This document shows, piece after piece, positions 47,801 to 56,661 of a stretch of 64,000 nucleotides of DNA (positions are counted from its first letter, which is position 1; each line of letters starts with the position of its first letter). A program made the position numbers and the translations under genes. The stretch lies in IMG/VR virus record IMGVR_UViG_3300035208_006730. One strand, given 5' to 3'. Source of the stretch: a virus (lineage: Duplodnaviria > Caudoviricetes). The notes under the pieces were generated by a model. That model saw only the letters and a list, made by a program, of their open reading frames with translations. It made no database searches and was not told the DNA's origin.

Positions 47801-50800
47801 CTTTGCGCTACAATATTTAGTTTTTAGCGCAAAAACTTTATGATTTTCTGTTACCTTTAACTTTTGGTAAGTATTAGTAAGAGATATTTCCTTTAGGACA
47901 TCTTTCTGGATATTTTTTCTTTTAAATACTTTGGTTACTTTTTCGAAAGAACTGTGTCCCCATACAAACTCCTTTTCAACTATATTCCTTATTTCTTTGT
48001 ATGAACTATCTGCCATACGAATCCGCGTATCTTCAGTAAAACACATACGATACATCTGTTCATTAATCGTTTGACTAAGAGAGTAGGGAGATATAGCTTC
48101 GCCTTCTGGAATTTGGCCTAATTCTTCTGAAAATGTTTGTCCATATCCAAGAGGGTTAGATAACTGTTGTCCATTTTGCATCCATTCAGAGGTATGCATT
48201 TTCATTTCAGGTTTAATTACTTGCCCAATAGTAGCTCCAAGTAGAGGACCAATCAAAGGGACCTCAGAAAATGCGGGACTTGAATTATGGACAATACATG
48301 TCGTTAAAAACGATTGTTCTTTTTCTACTGTGATATCAAAAACATCTCCTTCATATGGTATTTCCTTAATTTGTCTAACCGGAATATAGAAGTTGTCATT
48401 ATAAATAAGTCCCTTTCTATCTCCAGTGGTTTTAATGCATTTAACTTCTTCTTCGAATAAAGAAAAGTTTTCAAAGCCGAATCCAGTTATGCTTAAGTAG
48501 TAATGAACATTTTTCGGAATTTCACGTCCATTAATAAGAGCTTTTTTCCAGTTCTTTTTAGGAACTGCCTTAGTGAATGATACGGGAATACCAATACTTA
48601 AAAGAAGTAATCTTAACTGATTTGTTAGATAAGATGAAGCAGATGTAAATGTGATTTCATTTTTCTTTTTTGTAGAGCCATCTCCTCGAATTAATCCCTT
48701 AGCAAAAGCCTGTTTCAATCTTACTGGCCAACTTAAATAGTCTAGAGAAAATCCCTTTTGAGGAGCATGTTTTTTTTCAAAAAGACCATCTAAGATTTCA
48801 CTTAAAATTCTAGAATACACTCTTAATTGAACACCGTTCTCACTTTTCTGACTAACACTTGTATTTGCTTGAAATTTCTTCATAACTATTTTCTGTATAT
48901 CGGCGATATATGTAGGTATCTCATTTGAATTAAAAGCAAATCCAACTTGATCTTTGCTCGTAAAACCTTCTGCTAAGAATAAGCCGAACAAATATGCCAT
49001 ATCTTCGTCTATTTCTAGGTATCTATCTAGAAATTTTTTATAGCCGTTTCTTTTTCTTAAATCCCATAAAAGAGAATATTTAACTAAAAATGTCTTACTA
49101 GCATCTTTTATTGAAAGATTTGAGTAAAAAGCATCTACTACATTTTGAGTCGCTCTTCTATCGTAAATAATCTTATCTTTTATATAGGCACGTCCTGTTA
49201 ATATAGCTAAATCTATAATTGGATTTTTTTCTAAAGAAGTAATTTTTCTTGCTGGCACAACAACAAAATCATGTCTTTTAATGTCTTTTGCTGGAATCCA
49301 TTCAAGACATCCTGACTTTATCGCTTTTATTTTTTCTCTATTTCTATCTCCTCTTTTTTGATAAGTTAAATGGTTTTTTAGACATAAAATTTTATGTTGA
49401 GGAGTTACTAAAAGTTTTCTGTTATCGGCGGCTATTGTAATTTCTATGAGCTTTCCTTCTGTACATTTTCTGCTTGTTTTTTCGATAACAGTTGTCCACT
49501 CATTATCTCTATTTAAAACCTGATCGCCCCTTTGAATATGAGATATGTTTTTAAAACCTTCAATTGTATAAACTGGCGTATCAGGATGAAAACACATTGG
49601 GTATGGCCGATCCCAGTAATGAAATTTTTCTATATCGTAAGTAAAATTCTCTTTCCATGTTTTGGTAAACTCGGAAATATTGTCTGCGCCTTCTCCCCAT
49701 ATTTGTTTATCTCTTGCTCTCCAAACCATTCTTGGAAACCAGTGAGGAGCGTAATAAGCTTCATTAGAACCTTCCCACTTGGAGTTGCCCATCTCCCAAA
49801 AAGCGCCCTTACCTACAGGAACTTCTTCTTCTCCTGAGTAGATTCTACGGAGTTTATCGGGACGATCTGATGGAATAAGGGCTCCTGGGATAAAGGGAGA
49901 AACAATGGCTGCACCAATGAAAGCCCCAAGACCAATAGCTAATTTTTTAGGAGTGAGATTTTTAAAGATACCGCCACGCGAAATTAAATTTTTGCCTAAT
50001 TTTCCAAACCAAGATCCTCCAAACTCACCAACTGTTTCCATTGCGGCAGCTCTAGCTGCCTCGAGATTCATTCCTGCTCTTTGATTCTTAAAAGTTTGAT
50101 AGACCCGTTCGCCGTAGGTGCTAACGGAACCAACTATCCATCCAGCTAGAGGGAATCCGGCAAGTGCTGAAAGATTTGTGCTTCCAGGAGCTGCTTCTTC
50201 TTGCCATTCTCGATATCGGTGAAGCCCCATAGTTTCTGCAGTAGAAGAAATGGAAAGATTTCCTTGAGCCCAAAGAGAGGCAATACCTGTCGTAATACCT
50301 TCATTAAAAACTGTCTTATCGAAAAGTAGATTGTTTCTTACTAATCGATCTGCTTCAGAATAGAGAAGATAGCCAAGAGGCGCTACAGCTCCCCATTTGA
50401 GAGATAGCCGACCAAGAGTAGAAAGAGCTCCACCAGGTTTAACTCCCAACCCATACTTAAAAAATTCTTTACCAAATGGGAGCCTTTTCCCTAAACTTTC
50501 TAAATATTTATATCCTCTGCCAATTACTGGAAGATCAGAAGGCATTTGAAGAAGACGGTTGTATCGTTCAACTAATTCTGAAGCAATACCACTAACTTGT
50601 CGTTTCGCAGCTTGAAGTTTAGAGTGTCCACCGATAACCTGAACCCCGAAACTGGGATGGAGTTGTTCTTCTCCTGAACGGGAAAAGACTTCTGTTAATT
50701 TGGCTCCTTCCCAATTCGTCCCGTAATCATCTACTCCCAAGGCTCTTGCATATCCGGCTGAGTAGTGAGACGATGTTTTGAAAATATCTGTAGCCGTTGT

Positions 50801-51250
50801 GTTGAGAACTACCGATGCATGCTCTAGAGCTATATCCTGGGAGCTGCCCCAAAATAATTTATTTCCAGAAAAAGACAAGCCAGTTGAACCTATCTTCTCA
50901 GGTTTACTGCCGATGAGTTTCGAGAGATAGGTTAATTGTTCAGGGTTATTACTTAGAAACTCTGGACTAATGAATATTGGACTTTTCGCTTCAGATGTAA
51001 ATTGACTAAAGAAATTCGATAATTGAAACGTTCGGAGAAACCCACCAGGTGAATACTCTTCTGCAGTCCGAATGGCTCCTACGAACCGGTCATATCCCAG
51101 TGAGTTACCAAGTTTGGCTTTGCCGAGTAAATGGAGTCCAGTTACTCCACCACCAATAAGGGCCGTATTTGTTAGAAGATTAGATTGAGACGGAAGCTGA
51201 TCTTCGTCTGACCAAAGAGGTTGAGGGACAAAATCTAAAAATGTCGCCAT
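44879..51250 (-). CDS. Large tape-measure-position / ejection-type protein with two inteins (spliced product about 1231 aa)
   Basis: Directly after the chaperone; Gly/Ala-rich helical sequence with hydrophobic segments (e.g. KLAIGLGAFIGAAIVSPFIPGALI); two Hint+LAGLIDADG insertions. Confidence 0.65.
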   Translation of the reverse strand: MATFLDFVPQPLWSDEDQLPSQSNLLTNTALIGGGVTGLHLLGKAKLGNSLGYDRFVGAIRTAEEYSPGGFLRTFQLSNFFSQFTSEAKSPIFISPEFLSNNPEQLTYLSKLIGSKPEKIGSTGLSFSGNKLFWGSSQDIALEHASVVLNTTATDIFKTSSHYSAGYARALGVDDYGTNWEGAKLTEVFSRSGEEQLHPSFGVQVIGGHSKLQAAKRQVSGIASELVERYNRLLQMPSDLPVIGRGYKYLESLGKRLPFGKEFFKYGLGVKPGGALSTLGRLSLKWGAVAPLGYLLYSEADRLVRNNLLFDKTVFNEGITTGIASLWAQGNLSISSTAETMGLHRYREWQEEAAPGSTNLSALAGFPLAGWIVGSVSTYGERVYQTFKNQRAGMNLEAARAAAMETVGEFGGSWFGKLGKNLISRGGIFKNLTPKKLAIGLGAFIGAAIVSPFIPGALIPSDRPDKLRRIYSGEEEVPVGKGAFWEMGNSKWEGSNEAYYAPHWFPRMVWRARDKQIWGEGADNISEFTKTWKENFTYDIEKFHYWDRPYPMCFHPDTPVYTIEGFKNISHIQRGDQVLNRDNEWTTVIEKTSRKCTEGKLIEITIAADNRKLLVTPQHKILCLKNHLTYQKRGDRNREKIKAIKSGCLEWIPAKDIKRHDFVVVPARKITSLEKNPIIDLAILTGRAYIKDKIIYDRRATQNVVDAFYSNLSIKDASKTFLVKYSLLWDLRKRNGYKKFLDRYLEIDEDMAYLFGLFLAEGFTSKDQVGFAFNSNEIPTYIADIQKIVMKKFQANTSVSQKSENGVQLRVYSRILSEILDGLFEKKHAPQKGFSLDYLSWPVRLKQAFAKGLIRGDGSTKKKNEITFTSASSYLTNQLRLLLLSIGIPVSFTKAVPKKNWKKALINGREIPKNVHYYLSITGFGFENFSLFEEEVKCIKTTGDRKGLIYNDNFYIPVRQIKEIPYEGDVFDITVEKEQSFLTTCIVHNSSPAFSEVPLIGPLLGATIGQVIKPEMKMHTSEWMQNGQQLSNPLGYGQTFSEELGQIPEGEAISPYSLSQTINEQMYRMCFTEDTRIRMADSSYKEIRNIVEKEFVWGHSSFEKVTKVFKRKNIQKDVLKEISLTNTYQKLKVTENHKVFALKTKYCSAKDYNCSLHGSHDGDHCKRCIHPHYLNYKPEWLSVKNLDKGDFLVEIIPKIINEKKFLYLPDILDMNNFGIQGNTIYRRIKKSFLRKGCEYLNNKGTLVKRPNNNYECDYLDKNAGSLPIRLELTWDLGWLCGYTLAEGSPSNTQISYAAEISETETHYKKLFESMKTLFNYNGTTTWWRKEKDGIIGNGVETSICSTAISQLFRTLIGLPSHKIIHASLLSSNREFLLGLINGFIDGDFHIREKELECNQSSLTLQKQLTYIFNQLGILVSNTSGYSTIKKNGQVKKYKNYGLGLFRTNIQKLRQLGKSGFKLSRPIAVGETNTTRNFIKEDNNYYFIFKKITNIKDIYMESIDLYDLEVENTHIYYAEDCLVHNSEMVGLPGFLFSSLKEELTGSPDFFADQRQLEAAGEITSARKSFWEEGFGGALGLSEWYRRLYPSKRKSIQTYNPIRNQMPQWMPDTGDLSEDFRSGDPFAKIDLGEVRLPGLGYEQRYPELAGLDPEDYPLIHIWKILADVAPYSSKYKAAAAGIRMQRSSGNWTDYEEELFNRTIEQIKAKKEKKSFSEYEVLEPFETGNSLESKVLSEINKENASGKKDRGIIGSLFGGYWEWISHGAETSLEQLTPMAPFAKFVHARTAIEDYEKDMIYGTSNKFWNKPIQNFLSPFASSTAHAFGWNGIPDRIQEQREIDEQFDALKYAKFRTLATRAFEAGDLDLADEYVKSSKQTLTGINPYTMNFKDLMAAIPARERSYFDAFRMETSPEAREKILQMVPEQMRPIYIAQWQRRFSEAAKKTDNEDALIAGAEIESLATSAGFPVNDELRQEYYGSRVTGESYADWYRRTYLVPKQLKEKSMPGPDWVGFHPQADLDDLKLKYVQKQGLEFHDFNLWPDREMASRYKPWVNNQSVQEIGQQYSEGEIRDQMNSLMERDNLQGNFTMTQQLSLLGMNSSSVELEVDRFDDVRDGLRDAFNGR
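46679..48043 (-). mobile_element. Intein 2 (455 aa) with LAGLIDADG endonuclease
   Basis: CFTEDTRI start; VTENHKV; LCGYTLAEG and LINGFIDGD; LYDLEVE...CLVHN, +1 Ser. Confidence 0.93.
48284..49594 (-). mobile_element. Intein 1 (437 aa) with LAGLIDADG endonuclease
   Basis: CFHPDTPV start; VTPQHKI; LFGLFLAEG and FAKGLIRGDG; VFDITVE...CIVHN, +1 Ser. Confidence 0.93.
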
Positions 51251-51257
51251 TCACTCG

Positions 51258-52196
51258 TTACCTCTTTTTTGGTTTCTTTTGTCCTTTCAAAAACTTCTGC
51301 TCTATTATAGCATTATTCTTTGATTCTTTGCGCTGCTGAGCTAGTAGTGTCTTTTGAAAGTTTTTCTCGTTTTCAACTTTTCTTGTCTCTGCATCTTTGA
51401 TTCGATTATCAAATTGATCTTTGAAATCTTGTGGCGTAATCTTGCCTTTTTCCTTTTGAATGTCTAAGTATTTTCCAAAGATCTGTTGAGCTTCCTTTAT
51501 CATCTGCTGCCTCAGTCTGTCGTTCTCGCCTTCAGTTTCTTCTCTTGGCAATCCTTCTGATAACTTTCCAGTTTCTTCTTGTGTGACAACGAATTCATTA
51601 GATTGTTGTGGAGCATGTTGTCTCTCGTACTCTTCTTTAAGCTTTTCTGGTGCAATTTTCTGCTTAGCGGGAATATTTTTGCCGGGAATAACCAAATTAA
51701 TAGGCGATTTCATTATCCCAGCTTCTATCAATTTCTTTTCGGCCAAAGCCAATCTTCGCAGAAATACATCAATGCTCATTCCGTAAACATCTTCGGGCTT
51801 GTATGCGGGGAACGCCTGCAGAATAGTAATAACTAATTGTTCCCAAATTGAAGTGTCGACGAATGCGCGATGTGCTGCAAGAACTTCGTTAAAAATATTT
51901 ACATCACCAATAATAGAATGGTCTAAAATCGCAGAAGAAACCGTACTAACAGATCCAGCCCTACCATCATCGATATTCTTAACGAGATATTCATCTGTTA
52001 CACATTTGGTGTAAATTTTGTCTTCAGTATCTAATGTTGGTATCTCGCCAGTTATGAGAGAAAAGTCGTCTTGAGCTAGCTCGAGATATTCCCCTATAGT
52101 TAATTTACGCCAAGGGATAACCGTTTCATCAGGAAATACGGAGATATGGTCGGCCTTTTTATGTATACTCTTTAGTTTTTTTAATTCTTCGTTCAC
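51258..52196 (-). CDS. Putative tail assembly chaperone
   Basis: IPWRKLTIGEY...AGSVSTVS...AFPAYKPEDVYGM; position between tube paralogues and the tape-measure-like gene. Confidence 0.55.
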   Translation of the reverse strand: MNEELKKLKSIHKKADHISVFPDETVIPWRKLTIGEYLELAQDDFSLITGEIPTLDTEDKIYTKCVTDEYLVKNIDDGRAGSVSTVSSAILDHSIIGDVNIFNEVLAAHRAFVDTSIWEQLVITILQAFPAYKPEDVYGMSIDVFLRRLALAEKKLIEAGIMKSPINLVIPGKNIPAKQKIAPEKLKEEYERQHAPQQSNEFVVTQEETGKLSEGLPREETEGENDRLRQQMIKEAQQIFGKYLDIQKEKGKITPQDFKDQFDNRIKDAETRKVENEKNFQKTLLAQQRKESKNNAIIEQKFLKGQKKPKKR

Positions 52197-52969
52197 ACAA
52201 TGTTCCTTGCAAAGAATGGGTACTCTTCCAAAATGGGTCTTCCATCAGGATTAAGTACCATTCTTGGCCCAAGTAAATGTACGTTTAAAATCTTTATGAT
52301 CGTATGATTCGCAAAGTTATTTGTAAAATCACCGAAAGAGATAAAAATATCGAATCCATTAATCCGATGATCATCTACTCGGCGAAGACCAAGACTTGCG
52401 TCTGTTCCTAATGCTGGATCTCTCCAGATTTCGTTTTCGAATTTCTCATACTTGTCTTCAGCTTTATCGTTTCCGCCTCTTAATCGTCCCTCTTGACCAA
52501 TGCTTGCAAAATTTCCAGTAGAATTGAATCTCTGCCCCTCAGCATAAGAAGCATAACTTTGGTCCAAAATTTGCTCAATATTTCTTTGGGTAAAAATGGA
52601 ACCATCCAAGGGAAGATTATTTCCGGCCAACGACTTGCGGTAGGGATCATTGCTTTCAGTACCAGAAGAAAAGAATGGATTAGCTTTACCTTCCATTTCT
52701 TTTAGATGATTAAGGATGAGGAAGAGATAGCCGGATTCCTTGAAGTTGAGAGTGAATGTCCCACGAACGAACAATGGACCTCGAGCTACTGCATCAAAAA
52801 GTTGAGACGCATAACCGAATATTGGAGTTTTCGCCTGTTGTGCTTCAAAATGAAAAGAGTTTATTTCATCAACCCAAACGTCGCCAAAGTAGACAGAAGC
52901 CTGTGATCCTGAAAAATATTCAGAGTCCATAATGTTGGGAGATTGTTGAGAATTTGTATATTTATCCAT
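52193..52969 (-). CDS. Tail tube paralogue (tube initiator-like)
   Basis: YFSGSQASVYF, KTPIFGYAS..FDAVARG...VRGTFTLNF, GFDIFISFG, EEYPFFARNI. Confidence 0.7.
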   Translation of the reverse strand: MDKYTNSQQSPNIMDSEYFSGSQASVYFGDVWVDEINSFHFEAQQAKTPIFGYASQLFDAVARGPLFVRGTFTLNFKESGYLFLILNHLKEMEGKANPFFSSGTESNDPYRKSLAGNNLPLDGSIFTQRNIEQILDQSYASYAEGQRFNSTGNFASIGQEGRLRGGNDKAEDKYEKFENEIWRDPALGTDASLGLRRVDDHRINGFDIFISFGDFTNNFANHTIIKILNVHLLGPRMVLNPDGRPILEEYPFFARNIV

Positions 52970-53960
52970 AAGGATTCCTCTTTAGTCCAAGTCTATACTG
53001 ATAGTCAAGATACTGTCCATGATTCTTTGTTAGGAGAGTAGATCCGCTTTCTGGAAGCAGAACAGCTTCACTCATCTTTCCCCTACTCACTCTGTCCCAA
53101 TTTACGCTTCCTCTTCGTAGCATTGGATCGTAATCTTGAGCGATGAAGGAACAAGTATTTTCTGAAAAAATGTCCTGAATTGACATTACCTGACCATCAT
53201 CCACAAATTCAACTCCATAGATGCCCATCTCAGAAATTGAACCATACTCATTTGAAAATCTAATAGTAATCGTCATTGGAGGAAGTTGGTCGATCAAGGG
53301 AACAGTACCAATCTGTTCATGAATCCAGGTATTAGCTGGAAACGCAAGGAATGGAGCTAACGCATGTTCGTCAAAAGAAGTAAAAACTATTGTGCCTGCG
53401 ACCGTGCGCGGACCTTTTGAAGTTCCTTTAGAATGACAAAATCCTAGTGCACGAACTGCGTACTTTTCTCTAAAAACTTGCACAGAAAGAGATTGAGCTG
53501 TTGCCAGAGGAATAAGGGCAAACTTGCGACTAAGATCTTTTTTTCTTTCATCCCACTGAAGAGTTGCTGCTGTTATTTGGTCTCGAAGAACGGCATATCT
53601 ATTGGTGAGAGAGATTCTATTTTTATCTGTGGACGAAACGATCTGTTCTCCTAGGGAAGTCCATTCGGTATTCAGTTCATCAAGATTTCTTTGAGCTTCT
53701 TCTACGTAAAATTCAAGGGCTTTCGTATTTCTAACTGTAGCTAGAATTTCAATATCGGCCCCAGAATAAGAACTTCCTAAAAAGTTTACTGTTCCGTTTC
53801 CTGAAGATTCTGGATTATTGCTCCCTTTTCTTACAATGTTCGAAGCTGATGAACTTGAATACTCGTTTGTTGGGACACTTTTTGAGCCTCGCCCAGCAAA
53901 ATCAAGTAATTGTTGTTCTGCGTAGGTTGGCGCGGGATTTCTAGGAGTTGATGCACCCAT
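52962..53960 (-). CDS. Tail tube paralogue with coiled-coil insertion
   Basis: SYSGADI, REKYAVRALG, KGPRTVAGTIVF..FD, DQLPPM.ITI.FSNEYG, GQVMSIQD. Confidence 0.75.
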   Translation of the reverse strand: MGASTPRNPAPTYAEQQLLDFAGRGSKSVPTNEYSSSSASNIVRKGSNNPESSGNGTVNFLGSSYSGADIEILATVRNTKALEFYVEEAQRNLDELNTEWTSLGEQIVSSTDKNRISLTNRYAVLRDQITAATLQWDERKKDLSRKFALIPLATAQSLSVQVFREKYAVRALGFCHSKGTSKGPRTVAGTIVFTSFDEHALAPFLAFPANTWIHEQIGTVPLIDQLPPMTITIRFSNEYGSISEMGIYGVEFVDDGQVMSIQDIFSENTCSFIAQDYDPMLRRGSVNWDRVSRGKMSEAVLLPESGSTLLTKNHGQYLDYQYRLGLKRNPYG

Positions 53961-53989
53961 TTCAACCTCGAGGAAAAAGTTCCTGACTA

Positions 53990-54018
53990 ATTATACTGAA
54001 TTTTAGTGAACTTAGGAA
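53990..54018 (-). promoter_or_regulatory. Putative promoter TTCCTA-N17-TATAAT
   Basis: Fills the gap after the tail tube stop codon; perfect -10 with 17-nt spacer. Confidence 0.55.
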
Positions 54019-54705
54019 TTAGGTCGAAGGATTGATATTGAGCTCGCCGATACGGCTAGGTAAATTGGTCCATGGCATAACGGCTTTTGCGACGTAGGTC
54101 GACTGCTGAGCGCTTTGAATATCGTCAACAGAAGTGCCAAAGCCTTCATTAAGAATTTCGCATCCGTAGATTCTCATGACAGCTGAAGCGCCATATTCAT
54201 TCGCAGCGGCCAACGTAATGTCGAATGGAAGAATTTGGTCTGCATACCAAGGAAGAGCAGCTTGCTGATCCGAACCAACATCAGAAAGGGGAGATTCTTG
54301 TTCTTGGACAGTTGCCCCAATAGTACGGCCTGATGGAGCACTAAGAGTTTGGGTAGTGTCAGAGATTTGACCAAGGTTCTGACTGAAAGCAGGACGAAGG
54401 TCATCCATATCGGCCATAAATTTGGGTAACGTACCAGCAGTTGCAGGAGACGCCAAGAAGCCAAGAGCTCCAAGCATAGCATGGCGATCAAACATGATGA
54501 AAATTAATGTGCCAGCAATACCGCGTTTACCTCTAGAGAAAGACCGAGGATCAGCTGATCCCATCGTATAGATTGGGGCTTTTTCTCTAGTGATAGAGTA
54601 GGAAATTGCCTGAAGTTCTCCAATGATAACATTGTTGAAGACCGCTTTAATATCTACTCCAGAAAAACTGTTGTATGCCCCGGTGAAAATTGTACCTTGA
54701 GCCAT
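54019..54705 (-). CDS. Tail tube protein
   Basis: SFSGVDIKAVF, REKAPIYTMGSADPRSFSRGKRGIAGTLIF, DQILPFDIT..AANEYG; immediately follows the sheath gene; GGAGG RBS. Confidence 0.85.
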   Translation of the reverse strand: MAQGTIFTGAYNSFSGVDIKAVFNNVIIGELQAISYSITREKAPIYTMGSADPRSFSRGKRGIAGTLIFIMFDRHAMLGALGFLASPATAGTLPKFMADMDDLRPAFSQNLGQISDTTQTLSAPSGRTIGATVQEQESPLSDVGSDQQAALPWYADQILPFDITLAAANEYGASAVMRIYGCEILNEGFGTSVDDIQSAQQSTYVAKAVMPWTNLPSRIGELNINPST

Positions 54706-54717
54706 TGCTTCCTCCTA

Positions 54718-56649
54718 TTAAACGGCCGCTAGGGCGACAATAACTGTTAATTGACGTAGCTCGAATTGAGGCACAAGGGTAAGTTCAAGCACCGCTTGTC
54801 CATTGACTTTTTGGGCCGGAGTTGCTGAAAGTTTTTTATTGTATCGGCTGAGATACTGTCCCTTAACTCTCAATGAAAGTGCCTCATCAAGTTTGGTTTC
54901 AAGAGCTTGCATTTTTACTTTTGAAAGAACTTCGCCGAGGAAAGGTTCCGCAACTGCTCGACAATCGTCCACAACGTCTTTGACGATACGAACAGTCGTG
55001 AGTCTGCGATAATCACTTGACGGACGCGCAGCCGTAGGAGCATCTGAAACCACTGTACCCTTTGGCTTGGTGTGGAAAGTAACATATCCGAGACCAGCCA
55101 AGAGATCAAGTTTAGGAGTTGACACCCTGTAAGGCAAACGGACGCTTGGAACCACTTTGTTCATCGGCGAACTATTCGAAGGCAACGAACTAACAAAACC
55201 GAGATAAGTCGGAGCGAGAGTTGCGACATAAGAGGTTGACTTAGAAATATTGCGCAACGAAGAGAAAGTTGGAACCACACTGATGTAAGCGCCGATATCG
55301 ATCAGTCTATCGTTGTCATCTTTGAGTTGAGTTCCATCAAGAAACCCAGAATCAGTCGCATAGAAACCGCCGAAAAGTAGACCATCAATACCGTCTACGG
55401 CCATTCCTGGACGACCCGAAGAAGCAACGTCCGACAAACGTCCGGCCATAAACTTGTTACCCATAAGCCCAGTACCATTTTCGGTAATGAGATTGGTGCC
55501 GTCTTCTTGCAATTCATAGGTAGGAAGAGTCCCGACCCAAATAGAAACATCTTTGGGCGAATAACTTGATGGAGGACGAACGCCGATTGAACCAATGCAA
55601 TCAATGACATTACTTGAATGATTGTAGCAGAAGTTGGCGAGTTCATACGCAAAGTTAACTTCGTGAAAGTCACTACCGGTTAACAGTCCGGAAGCAGTGG
55701 TGTGAGTTCCATCAGCTGAACCGTCTGAAGGAAAGATTTGAGCGCCATTGTCTGAAGTGAATGTAGCATCCACATCGGCGTTAGGGCTCGACGGGAACCA
55801 CCACCAAAACTTGTATTCGCCTTCATACTCTTCAACATACACTTTGGCAAGAGCATCGTCTGTAGCGCCTTCAGTCGGATAGGCCTCTGAGGGATCGAGT
55901 GCGACGTGAGGAATGTAGGCGTCAAAGATAGAAGCCATTTCAGCAGCAGTATGATCCATGACATTTGCGTCATCAAGATAAACGTTCATTGGCAAAACGT
56001 AATCTATTCTTTGATCTTCAAGAGTCTGATAGGCAATGTAAAGCTCTTCCCAAAGTTTCATTCTTGAAAGGTTCACGCCATCAGTCCCATTAACGATCAC
56101 AACAGCAGCGTCATCAAGATCGGCATCTTCCATCACTCTTGGACTCGCAAAAGTGCCAATGGAATCGCCAGCACCAATTACGGCTTCACCTGAAACCATA
56201 AAGTGGCCAAGATCGACAGCGTCAGAAGTCGAAACGGGATTGTTGTCATAAACCAAAGAATTGTCTGAAATTCTCCAAATGCGAAGACGAGTTGTAGTGT
56301 CGTCATACACCATGGAGTAAGAAGAGCCAATCGAATCGTCTTTCAGAATAGACTCGACCGTAATTGCGCCACCAATATTAGAGACGCTGAAAGATGTAGC
56401 TCCAATACGATAGAGACGCGAATTCTTAGCGCCCATCAGAGTCGCTTCAACGAGTCCGCGAATTAGGGTGCCTGTTTTCCCATATGCGGCCACTGCGTCT
56501 TTCACCGAGCGTACTTGATAGAACGTTTCTGAAGCACCCTTGCTTGCTGTGCCGATGACTAGAAATGCAGGGTCATTATTAACGATGACCTCTGACAAGC
56601 CTCCATCATTACGTTCCTCAAATATACCAGGCAGATTTACATATGCCAT
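54718..56649 (-). CDS. Contractile tail sheath protein
   Basis: NLPGIF N-terminus, FLVIGTASKG, SDYRRLTTVRIV, PFLGE, LVPQFELRQL C-terminus. Confidence 0.9.
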   Translation of the reverse strand: MAYVNLPGIFEERNDGGLSEVIVNNDPAFLVIGTASKGASETFYQVRSVKDAVAAYGKTGTLIRGLVEATLMGAKNSRLYRIGATSFSVSNIGGAITVESILKDDSIGSSYSMVYDDTTTRLRIWRISDNSLVYDNNPVSTSDAVDLGHFMVSGEAVIGAGDSIGTFASPRVMEDADLDDAAVVIVNGTDGVNLSRMKLWEELYIAYQTLEDQRIDYVLPMNVYLDDANVMDHTAAEMASIFDAYIPHVALDPSEAYPTEGATDDALAKVYVEEYEGEYKFWWWFPSSPNADVDATFTSDNGAQIFPSDGSADGTHTTASGLLTGSDFHEVNFAYELANFCYNHSSNVIDCIGSIGVRPPSSYSPKDVSIWVGTLPTYELQEDGTNLITENGTGLMGNKFMAGRLSDVASSGRPGMAVDGIDGLLFGGFYATDSGFLDGTQLKDDNDRLIDIGAYISVVPTFSSLRNISKSTSYVATLAPTYLGFVSSLPSNSSPMNKVVPSVRLPYRVSTPKLDLLAGLGYVTFHTKPKGTVVSDAPTAARPSSDYRRLTTVRIVKDVVDDCRAVAEPFLGEVLSKVKMQALETKLDEALSLRVKGQYLSRYNKKLSATPAQKVNGQAVLELTLVPQFELRQLTVIVALAAV

Positions 56650-56661
56650 TAGATTCTCCTC

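Noticed and set aside
51258-51272. A-AAA-AAG slippery heptamer at the end of the tail chaperone (lambda G/GT-type frameshift)
   Set aside because: The -1 frame stops after about 9 codons (..GTA ACG AGT GAA TGG CGA CAT TTT TAG), and the downstream giant ORF is in the +1 frame, so no useful fusion results.
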